Of a stretch of 64,000 bases of DNA, positions 26,131 to 39,348 are shown in pieces (positions within the stretch are counted from its first letter, which is position 1; every line of letters begins with the position of its first letter). This stretch comes from Malacoraja senta. Lineage: Eukaryota. The DNA lies in assembly GCA_038087875.1 (NCBI GenBank), contig CM075988.1, forward strand, positions 22,880,001-22,944,000, read 5' to 3'. The notes below the pieces were generated by a model that saw nothing but the letters and a program-made list of their open reading frames with translations, was not told the origin of the DNA and made no database searches. Position numbers and translations under genes: made by a program.

Positions 26131-26253
26131 GAATGTGAACATTTGCAAAAGATGTATGGGAATGCAATGGATGAAACATATTTGAGAAGAACAACAACAA
26201 ACATACTTTACCAACAAGAACAGCAACAACAAATCCGACACCAGCAGATTCAG
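26131..26253 (+). CDS. SIK3: SIK3 coding exon (ECEHLQKMYG...LYQQEQQQQIRHQQIQ)
   Basis: tag/gtag flanks, 41 codons; both ends match SIK3, the middle appears locally frame-shifted (see findings). Confidence 0.9.
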
Positions 26254-26468
26254 GTAGATGGTGATTTAAAATGACCTTGTGCTATGAGTACTATTGAACT
26301 GGATGATTTTCAATTCAAAATATCAGGCTTTAAAGAGACTACACCTGTAAACTTTGAACCTTACATCTTGTTGAACATTAAATTGAGACCATTTTAGTCC
26401 CAGGTAGGAATTACTACATTGGACTCCTGTTTAATATTCTATTACTGTTAATTTATTTTCCCCTACAG

Positions 26469-26569
26469 GAATGTATTCGGCCCGCGCAGCCTTCACCTCC
26501 ATTGTCAACAGCATCGTTGGTACAACATGTGGAAAACCAGCCAGCATTAATCACTCACCAGCTCCAAAG
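26469..26569 (+). CDS. SIK3: SIK3 coding exon (ECIRPAQPSPPL...ENQPALITHQLQR)
   Basis: cag/gtgagc flanks, phase 0 to 2. Confidence 0.93.
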
Positions 26570-27497
26570 GTGAGCACTCCAAGCATTTCTTAGTGGTTTG
26601 ATCACATATATAATAGTCCACTTTTTTAAATCTTGTATCTATTGTATGTTAATAATTTTATTAATATTGTGTATTTAATTGACTGGCACCTGTGATTCTT
26701 TTGATTAATTCAAGTCTCATACCAGCTTCTCAGCATGTGGCTGATAGTCGAGATATTAGGCCTCAGTTTGCTCAAGTGAACATTAAAGGTTCAATGTGCA
26801 AAGAAGGTCATGCAGTTCTCCCAGTATCCAGGACATTTCTTTGAAAATAATGTTAACAAATCATTGTTCACAGAGGGATAATGATTTTTTATAATATTAT
26901 GGTGTGTGAATGATTTTAAATGTTTTGATGAAGAATAAACTGCCATGTAAGTTGGAATGGTTGAGCTTACATGTTAAATGACTTACGGAACAATGCATCA
27001 ATAAGGCAGTAGTTTGTTTTTTTACACAAGAAAAAATGGCACTGCTGTTATTAATCATGGAATTAGTTTGAAAGTACCAAATTTAGAATATGCTGTAACA
27101 TTCTAAAACAGATTTTAAAGATGTGCCAAGTTTAATTAATTGTCTTAACAAATATACTTTTTAAGTACATCTCAAACTATTAATTGGAATATAGTCAATG
27201 CTCTCAGAAATATAACATCTGAAGTACTTGTGAAAGTATGTTTATAAACTTACTTCCAACAACACCGAGCACTATCTGACAAAACCAGATCTAAAATCTA
27301 TTATATGAAGCATGAGCCATAAGCTAAACATATTGCATGGGTTCATTAAATCCCGTTTATTTCGGGTGCGATATGTTTTTATTAATTAGGTTAATTGGGC
27401 GTCTCCTCAGTTCAGATAAAGCAGCATTTAAAAATTATGTGAGAAAGGTTGATGAACTGAAACTACCTGTATATATTTTTAAAATTACTCTTGACAG

Positions 27498-27613
27498 GTT
27501 ACGAATTCAGCATGAACAGTCGAGCCCCCCTCCGAACAATCCCAACAACCATCTCTTTAACAAGTCTAATAACAGTCCTCCACCGGGCACCACAGCCATC
27601 ATGCAGTCCAGCA
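27498..27613 (+). CDS. SIK3: SIK3 coding exon (LRIQHEQSSPPPNNPNNHLF...SNNSPPP)
   Basis: cag/gtaagt flanks, phase 2 to 1. Confidence 0.93.
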
Positions 27614-27897
27614 GTAAGTATGAGCCAATGTTAATTTTAGAGACTAGGTTCGCTAGACTAAACATCTTTCTGTACTATATTTTTAATTTGATTGATAGAT
27701 TTTTTGCCCTCAACTATTTCAGTGCAATTGAGGCGATTCCAAGATGAATGATTTTTGGAACTGTTCACTTTTAATAGTATGCTCAGACCTCTATACTTCA
27801 GGACACCAATGATTGACCATCTGCTTGATTGATTAATGGGAGATAAATCTGTCATTGGCGAACCAAGATCATACCCTGGACTAGGTATTGATTAGAC

Positions 27898-29044
27898 CAG
27901 GGGTGGGGAACCTTTTCATGTTGGAATGCCGCATTAAGTTAGCTGTAATCTAATAAGGCCGCATCCAAGAAACTTCAATTAGATATACTTCAAAATGTCA
28001 ATTATTTTGTAAAAATCTAATTACTATGTGCTAACTTCAAGAAAATGAAAACATTTTGTTATTTCTAAAGTTAACTATCCTTTTAATGACTTTGTTGTGA
28101 CTGCTTTTTTTGGGAAAGTATTTGAATATTTAGTTGCAACATGGAGGTACGCAGTTTCAGCTGATCTTCTAGATGGGTATCCGTCATTTGTGACCTTAAG
28201 GGCGTCTTGATTTGGGTTAGGTAGGAGAATGTAGATTCGCAGCAATAAGTGGTTGAAAAGCAAGAAAGCATTTTCCGTGCATGTTGCCGAAGACGTGGAT
28301 ATTCTATTGCATTTTCCATATTTCAATCAGATCTTTCTTAGCGTCAAATAAGGACTTTAAAATGTCATCTTCTGAGAGCTCAATTAATTCCATCTGTAGT
28401 TCTTTAGGAGCCTTGGAGACATCAACTAGGTGAGGTTGAAATGCTAATTTGAGTGTGATGTCATAATTCTCAAAGTCAGTGAACATTTCATTGTATTCTT
28501 TAATTAATAAGTCTATAACAGCTGCGTATACTTCAAATGATTCGCATTAATCCTCCTGCTCATCAATGATCTTCGCTAACTGGGGAAAATGTTCATCCGA
28601 AATTTCATTTTGTAGAAGAATACTGAAGACTGAACGGCCAGTGGACTCTCCCTGACATTTTCCCTCTCGTCAACCAGCCTCAGGCGGTGGTGGCGCCAGT
28701 CAGGCAGGGAGGTTAATGTACATTCTAGTTGCATTAGAACTAAATCATGAGCATAACAGGTGTTAAAATAGACCTCATGACTTACTAATGTTTTAATCGG
28801 GGCCGTCAGTCGGGGAGGATTATTTTGTTGAATCTTGTTTTACTCTTTGGTATTTTAAATACGTTCATTTTAAGATTAAAATAACAATAATAAAAGACGA
28901 ACAAAAACATATTAATAAAAATAAAAGGATTTGTTCTACAAAATTTGGATTCATTCAAAAGGCTGCACTTAATGGCCTAGAAGGCCGCACTTAATGGCCT
29001 AGAAGGCTGCATGCGGCCTTAAGGCCGCAGGTTCCCCACCCCTA
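27898..29044 (-). mobile_element. hAT (Charlie-like) internally deleted DNA transposon
   Basis: TIR caggggtggggaacc; 8-bp TSD gattagac (27890-27897, 29045-29052); transposase C-terminal motif FSTTYCCESTFS...LRS...HLED. Confidence 0.92.
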
Positions 29045-29117
29045 GATTAGACCATCGCTTGTACAGTGTAAGAGTTCACTGTCTGAAATGCTTGTTTTTA
29101 CACTTTCAATTTCTTAG

Positions 29118-29481
29118 GTTGTGCTGCCTCTCCATCCCAGTTTCAAGGCATACCATCCCAACATGCTCTGTATCAACAGCCCAGTAATAGTCCCCCTCCA
29201 CCAAACCTTAATCTTCCTCGAATGAATTTACAGCCTGGATTGCCACAACAGCCGCAAACACAGCCAGTTACAATTCAAGTCCAGGAACCATCTGAAATAC
29301 ACAGTAACAACTTGCTACAAGGCGCTGGGCAGAATATGCACACCACGCATCCCCGCGGAATTATCAGTTCAGGAAATCAGATGCCCCTTCAACAGAGAGG
29401 GATGCACATGCCATCTCTTGGGCTTGGACAACACAGGGCCTTGGCAAAGCAACTGAGTGCGGACAGTGCAGAGGTAAACAG
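29118..29481 (+). CDS. SIK3: SIK3 coding exon (...QPVTIQVQEP...LAKQLSADSAEVN)
   Basis: tag/gtaaga flanks, phase 1 to 2; VTIQVQEP and KQLSADSAE match SIK3. Confidence 0.92.
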
Positions 29482-31212
29482 GTAAGAGTATATTTGAATG
29501 TTTGCCAAGTTTTAATCCTCTAGCTGGTTTGAATTTAAAATTAGTAAGGAATGTATGAACCCTCCATAGTTATACAGGCAGATTCTGCTGGCAGCAGTGT
29601 CCTGTCAGTAGCAGTTAGAACTATCTCTGTATCACAGATTTAATATGATCAGTTTAATATTTTTAATTAACCTTTTATTTTCACTTTTGATTTTATTCTT
29701 AATTCACATTTTAATATGATTAATATTTGTCCTCAAATGGAAATCACCACATGACATGTGAAAGTTGATGTTTAAAAATTGTTTTCATTATTAATTCCCC
29801 ACTGAGATTTACAAATCAAATTATATTTAGCTTGAAATTAAGATAAATAATGGATGGCATAATGCTTCTGGGTATTTGAAAACAAGTGCACAGAAGAAGA
29901 AAAATCTGTCAACAATTTTGTGCCATGTGGTTTAACTTGCTTATGATTTTCATGATTTGTAAATGAGAACAAAATAAACCTTTAGCCTTAAAAAATCAGA
30001 GAAGAAACTGCTTCAAAAGCAACAAATTTATACAACACCAGTAAAATGGTATAACATCCCAAGTGTCTGAACAAGCTTGTACAAGCTTTATATTTCAAGA
30101 CGGGTAATCATAGAGATCGGTTTTAAGAATTACTCAACAGGAGGAAAGTAATGTTGGATTGGGTTATTCCAGCTACTTTGGGCCTTGACAGCTGAAGGAA
30201 TGGACATGAGAGCCAGAGTGATTAATATTAAGAGGCCAGAACTGTAGCGGGGAATTGCACAGATAGTGACAGGTAAGGCCTTGGAAGGTTGGTTTAGTTT
30301 AGTAGGTTGCTAAAATTCTTAAACCCAACCCCAAACTGTTTAAAACTCTCTTCTTTCTGATACAACAGGATATAACACACAACTATTTTATCCCAAGAGG
30401 TGGCATGACCTTTTAATTGTTTTGGTGAAATTGGGAGCCACGCCTTTAATTTCCTTGGCTTCCTAGCAGTTAAAGGGAGGAGCTTTGGAAATAATGTAAT
30501 TTGCTTTACTATACCACTGTGCCTGGAAAAGTTCAGTACTTCCTCATATCCTCCCAAGCTATCTCCTAATATTGGATCAGAATCTGAATTGGCAAACAGA
30601 TTCCCTCCCTCCTACCGTGTTGGTGATGAATTGCTTCCATCGCTGCTTTTACAACTGCTCCCCAAATATACCCTACCACCAACATGCAACTTTTACTGTA
30701 ACAGCTGCCAGTTCCTTTCCTGGAGTGCTGCCCAACAAATTGTTCACCAAGCCTGCTAATCAGATTGACTTCCATAGAAATGATCAAATTCCATAGAAAA
30801 GGTCAAATTTGTCCATGTAAGGTTAAAATTGCATGAAATGCAGGGAAACCCGACCTGAATTTCCCAAGCAAATCAATCTCCTTTCCCCTACTTACCAAAG
30901 CTCTGACGCTATTGGGGTTAACAGGTGTGATCACATCATTAAAGTACGTTATTCGTCTGTCTTTGAGCCTTTTCAAATGTCTGACAAGTATGAAAGTTCA
31001 CTGATTATATTCAGAGCAAGAACACAGCTCATGGTTTCAAATTCCACCTGGCCAGATCTGGAGCTGAACTCTATAAATATGATAACTTTTGTGTCCAGAT
31101 CGTGATTTAAAAACCCAATGCTCAATGTCCTCCCTGGATTGGCTTAAAATGTGACTGTTTATTTGATTCATAATGGTCAACATTTTTAACACTGATTTCT
31201 GTTTGTTTACAG

Positions 31213-32118
31213 TCGACCTATTAGTCGATTTTCTCCTTTGAGCTACGACCAGACGCATTTGCACCCTCACCTTTTCCCGGAGCAGTTCCGATTTTTAACT
31301 AACAACTTCAACCCTGCAACAGCAATGTTTTCCCAAGGCATGAAAATTGCACAGATGGACTCGCTTTCAAACTATAACCAGAACATAGCTGGCAAGGCCG
31401 TCATGCAGCATGAACATCAGCAACAGGATTTCACAGCTTCATCACTACATCAGGCATTGCTTTCTCCAACGCCATCTGACTACACAAGACACCAGCACGT
31501 TTCACAGCAGTATGGCCATATGATTCAGGGACTGCTATCACCCAGGCACTCTTTGACAGGCCAACAGGACCTGCGCTTACCTCCTGCTGAAATGTCACAT
31601 TTTTTAAAACGTCACCAGCGGCAGCAACAACAACAACAGCATGAATATGATTTTCTGAGGCACATGAACCAAGGGGTGGGGGATGCTGGAAATATGACTG
31701 CCAACTTATGTGGGCAGCAGCAGACGTTATCAGAGCAACAAACATTAACTATGCCTTATCAGAATACAGAAACGTTTCATCAGCATTGCTTACCACAGGT
31801 CAGAGGCCAAGATCATATTCCGCAACCCCCATCCCAAGGCCACAGTTTTGTACATCACCCCCCACTGATGCATTCAGAGAGCATGGAGGAGGACTGTGTG
31901 TGTGAGGGGAACAGGGAAGGGTATCAGGACAATACAGACTCAACTGACACGTCCACCAAATGCTGCCAAGAGAATACAGTGCTGCTCAATGCCATTAGGT
32001 GTGGCGCCTGCAGAGACACTACTAGCAAATGTGAATCATGTGCACAAAATGGGTGTTTCACAGCCTTATAGTCATCAGGCAGTCCCTGGCTTTGCCGGAA
32101 ACAAAGAACCAAGCAGAG
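31213..32118 (+). CDS. SIK3: SIK3 large coding exon (RFSPLSYDQTHLHPHLF...LLSPRHSLTG...MHSESMEEDC...NKEPSR) with an apparent +1 frameshift near 31995
   Basis: AG 31211-31212 and GT 32119-32120; SIK3 similarity switches from ORF 31238-32071 to ORF 31896-32129; the 906-nt length is one base too long for the flanking phases. Confidence 0.9.
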
Positions 32119-34045
32119 GTACGCTTTGAGAAGTAACATTTATCACTAGTTGGGGTGACTTTCTACAGAACAATCTTAACACTTGATTTTTACCAAAGGA
32201 AAACTTTCTTGGTTCAGCATCTTAAATGCTGGTCTAGCATAAACAATTGTGGTCCAGAATAACAATCACTCATTTAACTATTTAAAAGTGTAACAATTGG
32301 GTGGCATTTACTAGTTTTGTTATTTATTGACGAAGCCTGACATGATTTTACATTAGTGAAAAAAGGTTTGACTTTTTACTTAAAATTCTAACATCTGCAG
32401 TCCATGAGACTTCGTGATTTTACATTAAGCAAATTATTTTTTATTTCTGAATTCCAAAATCCAATACTGGAATGATTTCATTGGGGAGTGGGACTGGTGC
32501 TTGACACGTTGCACGCTGTTTGTACTGAATATTACATTAACAAGTAACAGTTTTTTGGATATGACAATATATTAAGTTTACAGTTTTATTAAATGGTGGG
32601 GAGAAGTTCGGTGTAAGGTTGCAAAGGATCAGAGAACAGATAAAAAGAGATGTGGAATGATAGCAAATTTGTATTATTAGAAAACATTTAAATTCCATGA
32701 ACATAGACACAAAAAGCTGGAGTAACTCAGTGGACATGCAGCATCTCTGGAGCGAAGGAATGGGTGACATTTCGGAAATCTCTGACTCCAATGCTTGGTT
32801 ATGGCCTGAAAAGCCACGTTAAAGTAGTGGTGTGTGGGGCAACCACACCACTGTTGTGGATATGTGATGCAGACGTCCCCGTGATAAATACTGAGAGGGG
32901 CGGACGGTGGGAGCAAAGGCTTCAAAATTTAAGAAAGCAGAAATAAATAGGGAAGTAAATAGAATATTTTGGCAAGAACTGTATCAGAGTAGAGCTGAAA
33001 TAGATAAACAACTCTTTGCCTAATTTTGTATCCCTGTGCGGTAATTCTTCCATTGCATCTCCTGTTATGTGCTAATAGGCAAATTCTAGTGAGTCCAGGT
33101 TCCTGCTGAGGTAGAAGTTGATATGCGCCATAATCTCTCAAATCATCTCATCACTATGGACGTTCATATCACCGGTTGGCAGGCATCGAAACATGTCACC
33201 TTACACTTTCTTGGACACCGGCATTATCGATGCCATTTTAAAGTAGGTGGGAACCTCGGGAGGTTGAAGATGTGCACAAAAACTCCAGCTTCATATATGG
33301 GCTCCAGGGTTTCTGTAATTTCTCCCCATTGTTCCTTCTGGACCATTACAGCAAAACTTGGACCAAGTCAGCCATTGGATGCTGTTATGTGACAAAAACA
33401 CTGATGGAGAAGAGAAGGTGGATAGAGAAAATGCTATAAAATCCTGAACAGTACCATGATAAATAACAATCATTGCAGCTTGGTTCAAGTCGTCTACAGT
33501 TTACGAACACCCAACTTAAGTGCTTCCTGTACCTACGATCGAGTGTTTGAGAGGATGTATTTTCTGGCTGCTGTGCAACACCAGACATCTATTCTTGATA
33601 CCAACCTCAACTTTGCCACATTGAACTCAGGAGGTATACATTCTAGTTATGCCCTGATGTCCATTTTGCGAATTCTATCTGGAGACTCGCTTTCCGGGCC
33701 AGCCGTAATGTATTTAAAAAACCCAGCATTTAATAGCATTTCAACCTTAGTCTGCAGTAAAATATACAAAAGAACATTATTAGCTTGTTTGTATCAGATT
33801 TAGTATTAAGAATGGCAAAATGAGATTTTAAAATGTTTCTCAATATTATCTATTCCCATGGGATAAACTACCTCGGCAGGCATCTTCTGCTGTGTGGGAA
33901 CACAGTTTGTGCCTGTATTTCCAACTTGGAAACTGTTCAGTTACAAACAGTGCTCAGAAAGGGAACCCTATTGTAACCCGAGGAGAACCTGTAAAGTATA
34001 ACAGATGATGTGCTAGCACTGAAACTAAAAAACTGCTTATTCCAG

Positions 34046-34191
34046 AATCCATGACAGGGGATCGAATGGATGGAAGGGCTCCTATGCAGCCGATGGAAGT
34101 AAATGATCACAATGGAGTTGGTTACACGACAAGACAGTCAACAAGAACCCTCCAAAGGCATCACACCATTCAGACCAGTGAAGATGCTTAT
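34046..34191 (+). CDS. SIK3: SIK3 coding exon (ESMTGDRMDG...DHNGVGY...LQRHHTIQTSEDAY)
   Basis: cag/gtatgt flanks, phase 1 to 0; LQRHHTIQ motif. Confidence 0.93.
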
Positions 34192-34265
34192 GTATGTGTA
34201 AATATTTAATTCTGTTCCAATGTTAACTATTAAATGGACAATTATTCGCCAGATTTATAATGTAA

Positions 34266-34482
34266 CTAGACCAAGTGCAGACCCGTTGGGTCTGTTCCCC
34301 CAACGTGCGGTTGCGGGGGGGGGGGTATGGCATGCGGCGTCACACACACTAACCACCCCCACACACACACTAACTACCCCCTGCACACACGCTAACTACC
34401 CCCTTGATATTATATTAATATTATTAATTGCTCCTTTTACCCCATAACCACCCTATCTAGTGACACATAGCCCCCAACTCGC
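34266..34482 (-). mobile_element. Helitron-like 3' end fragment (same family as 23280-23516)
   Basis: Reverse complement ends cagacccaacgggtctgcacttggtctag. Confidence 0.75.
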
Positions 34483-35244
34483 AATGTACATGCTTCAATA
34501 TTAAATTCTTTAGTTAATGCATTTCACATAAAATAAAATCAGAAACAATGGTACTTTTTTAATTTTGACCCAGTAAGCAACCAGTGACTTATATGACAAG
34601 GAGTCACCAAAGAATTAAATATACTTGAGTTTTTACTGTGGTCCTCAAACATTATCAAAATCTTCCTCTAAAGTTCTTAAACCTGTGCACTCCATTGGGA
34701 TGTTGTTTAAATAATAGTGGTTCAAAACTGCTGGACGTAACTACTTTCATTTGGAACATTGAAGATTTCCAAGCCAGGTAATTCATGTGATGTCACCAAC
34801 ATTCCCAGTTTCTTTTTTAAATGCGAAAATCTTTATAATTTTTAAAGTATAATGGGCAGCAGTGGTACAGCTGATAGGGCTGCTGGATCACCGTGCCAGT
34901 GAGCCGGTTTGATCCGGACCTCGGGTACTGTCTCCCTATGAATGCGTGGGATTTCTCCGGTAGCTTGGGTTCCCCCGCATCCTAATGATTTGCGGGTTAG
35001 TAGGTCAATTGGCCTCTTTAAATTGCTCCTAGTGTGTAAGGGAGTGGATGAGAAAGTGGATAACACAAAGCTATTGTGAGCAGGTGATCGATGGTCAGCA
35101 TGGACTCAGTGGGTCGAAGGGCATGTATCCATGCTGTGTCTCTAACCTAAACTAAATTACTGATTATGCTATTGATTCATAAATTTTACAGTTCCATTCT
35201 ATATCTATTGCCAGAGTTAATTTTGCTTATCATTCATCTTGAAG

Positions 35245-35371
35245 GACCAGGCAGAGCTGTCGGGGATGAGTTTATTAGCTGGAAAGGTGCTTAGCTCTGC
35301 TCGTATGTCAGATGTTCTTAGCCAGTCGTCACTCACGGGGAGTCAACAGTTGCAGAACAGAGAGAGTGAAG
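35245..35371 (+). CDS. SIK3: SIK3 coding exon (DQAELSGMSLLAGKVLSSARMSDVLSQSSLTGSQQLQNRESE)
   Basis: aag/gtgaga flanks, phase 0 to 1; GMSLxAGKxLSSARMSD motif. Confidence 0.94.
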
Positions 35372-35904
35372 GTGAGAACTTCTGCAATGTGCTAAACAGT
35401 GATTTTTAAATACGTTATATTTTAAAATGCACATCTATTAAGCCGGATCAACCTGTCTTTTTGCTTTGAAATTGTATATGTGTGTTAATAATTACCTGAA
35501 ATATTTTTAATTTAATGGAATAAGGAAGATACAGTTCTGTGCACTCTGATTTTACTAAAGACCGATGTTTTTGTTGCGATGGCTTGAGTTGTATACCACG
35601 TAGTGTACAATCTATATTCACTGCGTAGGAAGGAACTGCAGATGCTGGTTTATACTGAAGATAGACACGAAATGCTGGAGTAACTCAGCTGCCTGACCCA
35701 CCGAGTTACCCCATCATTTTGTGTTAATCTATATTCACTGTTCATCAGTGTGCTTGAGAGACTGATTTTGGGTGACAAACTGCATTCTTATGATTAATCC
35801 TTTTCTCCAACTACAAAAAGGATTGGGTGTCAATTCAGTCCCCACAATCAATGTTATTTAACTTATTAGCTGGGTGATTATGATTTATATGAATGAAATT
35901 CATA

Positions 35905-36511
35905 TACCTGGAGTATTGCGTACCTGGAGTATTGCGTACCACACCTGGAGTATTGCGTACAGTTTTGGTCTCCAAATCTGAGGAAGGACATTATTGCCAT
36001 TGAGGGAGTGCAGAGAAGGTTCACCAGACTGATTCCTGGGATGTCAGGACTGTCTTATGAAGAAAGACTGGATAGACTTGGTTTATACTCTCTAGAATTT
36101 AGGAGATTGAGAGGGGATCTTATAGAAACTTACAAAATTCTTAAGGGGTTGGACAGGCTAGATGCAGGAAGATTGCTCCCGATGTTGGGGAAGTCCAGGA
36201 CAAGGGGTCACAGCTTAAGGATAAGGGGGAAATCCTTTAAAACCGAGATGAGAAGAACTTTTTTCACACAGAGAGTGGTGAATCTCTGGAACTCTCTGCC
36301 ACAGAGGGTAGTCGAGGCCAGTTCATTGGCTATATTTAAGAGGGAGTTAGATGTGGCCCTTGTGGCTAAAGGGATCAGAGGGTATGGAGAGAAGGCAGGT
36401 ACGGGATACTGAGTTGGATGATCAGCCATGATCATATTGAATGGCGGTGCAGGCTCGAAGGGCCGAATGGCCTACTCCTGCACCTAATTTCTATGTTTCT
36501 ATGTTTCTATG
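35905..36511 (+). mobile_element. Young 5'-truncated CR1 LINE
   Basis: Near-identical to 13268-13830; (ttctatgt)n tail. Confidence 0.95.
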
Positions 36512-37626
36512 AAATAATTTAGCTTAAAATTGGATATAATCAAAGTGAATTTTCAATTTTATTTTTTTGTGTTTAAAAAAAAAAGCATAATATCCTGAAT
36601 TTAAATCACATTAGTACCATGCTCAGTTCTCAAAGCAGTTGTGTGGGACTTTTATGAGTAGAATATTTCTTCCCCTTCAGTGGTGTTCACATGTGAAGAG
36701 TCCTATGTAGAATGAAGACAAAGTGAGTGCAATGGCCAAGAATTTTAGATTTTGTCTGAAATATTGCGAGGAGATGCCTCTCTGTACGAAAAGAGATATA
36801 ATCAGAAGGCAAGGTGTGGGTGAGCCATACTACTTGCCTTGTGAGAGTTACTTCATCACTGTTATTGGCTGGTGATGGACATTCTCTGCATGATGGCTGT
36901 CAGCAACAGGGGCACAGCGGTACAGTTGCTGCCTCACAGCCCTGGAGACCAGGGTCAGATCCTGACTTCAGGTGCTGTCTGTGTGGAGTTTGCATGTCCG
37001 CCCGTGACCGCATGGGTTTCCATTGGGTATTCCAGTTTCCTCCCACATCCTAAAGACGTGCAGGTTTGTAGGTTAATTGGTCTCTGTAAAATGCAGGGAG
37101 TGGATGAGAAAGTGGGGTAACATAGAACTAGCGTAAACAGCTGATCCATGGTCAGTGTGGACTTGGTGGTCCAAGGGGCCTGTTTCCATGCTGTATCTCT
37201 AAATTAAACTAAACACTGACATGAAACAAAGTAATAAGCCCCCCTTTGTCCCAAAATGGCAGTTGAAAGTCAAAAGAAGTAGGTCATTCCCCTCTCATCT
37301 TAAACCCATGTTATCTAGTTTAGATTCTCCTACCCTGGGGAAGAGACGTCAGCTCTTCTTCACCTTATCTATGCCCTTCATGATTTTATAAACCTTCATA
37401 AGGTCATCCCTCAGCCTCCTATGTTTCAGGGGAAAAGACCCACTCTATCCAACCTTACATTATAACTCAAGACCCAGTAACATCCATGTAAACTTTTTTG
37501 CACTCTTTCCAGTTTAATGTCATCCTTCCTATAGCAGGGCAACCAGCTATGTACTATGAACTTTATACACCCATGAAGATTTGGAGTTAAATAACATTCT
37601 CTTTGATTCTTATTTGCTTTTCGTAG

Positions 37627-37814
37627 AGCACGATGGAAGTTCGCAGAGTTCTGCTGATCTAAATCCAGGGGAGGGCTCACATTCAAACAGTTCTTGCTAC
37701 CCTGCCAAATGCATCACTGACATCCTCAAAGAACTGACTCCACCATTTGACAACAAACTGCGTCCCTACAAACATCCTGATTTGGGCTTTGGAATGGAGC
37801 AAGCAGGAGTGTAG
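37627..37814 (+). CDS. SIK3: SIK3 last coding exon (...NSSCYPAKCITDIL...YKHPDLGFGMEQAGV*)
   Basis: tag acceptor; C-terminus MEQAGV-stop as in SIK3; TAG at 37812-37814. Confidence 0.95.
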
Positions 37815-39348
37815 CGGATAGAGTGGTGAGCTGCAATGTTATTCTGAGGATTTTGTGTGTGTAAGGAGTGTGTGTGGGGGGGGGGGGGGGGCATTGTGTC
37901 ATTAATTTTAAAAAAGCAGAAATGGTAGAAATACTCAGCAAGCCAGGCCTCACCAGAGAAGAGTTAATACTTCAAGACCATTCATCAACATTGTCATATT
38001 TTGAAATTTTACCTTTGTTGAAGTAATAAAAAGTGTTTTTTTTAAATATTGGCACCTTAGTTGCCTGATAACAACTGGGAAGAAACTGTCCCTGAATCTA
38101 GAGGTATGCATTTGCAACTCTTGCCTGATTGGAGTGGGGAGTAGCGCGAGTGGGCGGGGGGTGAGATTGGTCCCTGATTATGCTGGTGGCCTTGCCAAGG
38201 CAGCATGAAGTGTAGATGGAGTCCATGGTTTGCACGATGGTCTGGGCTACATCCGCGACGCTCTGCAATTTCTTGCAGTCTTGGATGCAGCTGTTCCAAG
38301 CCATAAGCACATCAGTAGAAGTTAGTGAGGGTTGTTAGGAACATGTCGAACATCCTAAACCTTTAAGAAAGTTGTGTTCTTTCTTTGCCATTGCTTTGAT
38401 GTGGCTGGTCCTGGGCAAATTGCTGGTGATATATACTCATAAAAACTTGAAGCTTTTGGCCATCTCTACTTTGGTGCCATCAATGGATACTGAGGTGTAG
38501 GAAAGATCTGCAGATGCTGGTTTAAATGGAAGGTAGACACAAAATGCTGGAGTAACTCAGCGGGGCAGGCAGCATCTCTGGAGAGAAGGAATGGGCGACG
38601 TTTCGGGTCGAGACCCTTCTTCAGACTGATGTCAGGGAGTGGGCGGACAAAGATAGAATCTAGTTGGAGGACAGTAGACTGGTGGGAGAACTGGGAAGGG
38701 GAGGGGAGGGGATGGAGAGAAAGGGAAAGCAAGGGCTATTTGAAGTTCGACTGGATACTGGGGAAAGTGTCCTGCTTCACTTTTTGAAGTCAATCGCCTT
38801 CCTCCCCCTTCCTGTCGTGCTGACATTGAGGGAGGTGTTGTTGTTTTGGCACCAAGTTACAATGTTCTCAACCTCCATCCTGTACTCGGTCTCGTCTTTC
38901 TTTGATATCCAGCCCCCTACAGTGGTGTTGTCTGCGAAGTTGTAGATTGAGTTGGATTGGTAATTGGCTGCACAATCATGAGCACTTGGGCACTATAGAA
39001 GGGGGCTGAGACCACATCCTCGTGGAGCACCAGTGTTGAAGATGTATATGTGCAGTGTTTATCTGCATATGTTTGTAGACAATCTTCACAGACAAAGTCA
39101 AGTTTAATCTTGCCATGGCCACTGCTAGGCACTGCTCACTGAAGTCCTTTTCTGATTATTATTTTCCCTAATACTAACTCAGTGCTGCTTAAATTAAGTC
39201 TCTTGACAACTTTACACAGATGGGAATTAAAATTGGTTGTTTGTAGCTGTATTGGATTCAGCTCACAAACTAGTTATAACGTTTTTTAAATGCTTTTTCA
39301 TTCATTCATCACATCAAGCTAATCATATGTATTTTTGTTCTTCTGCAG

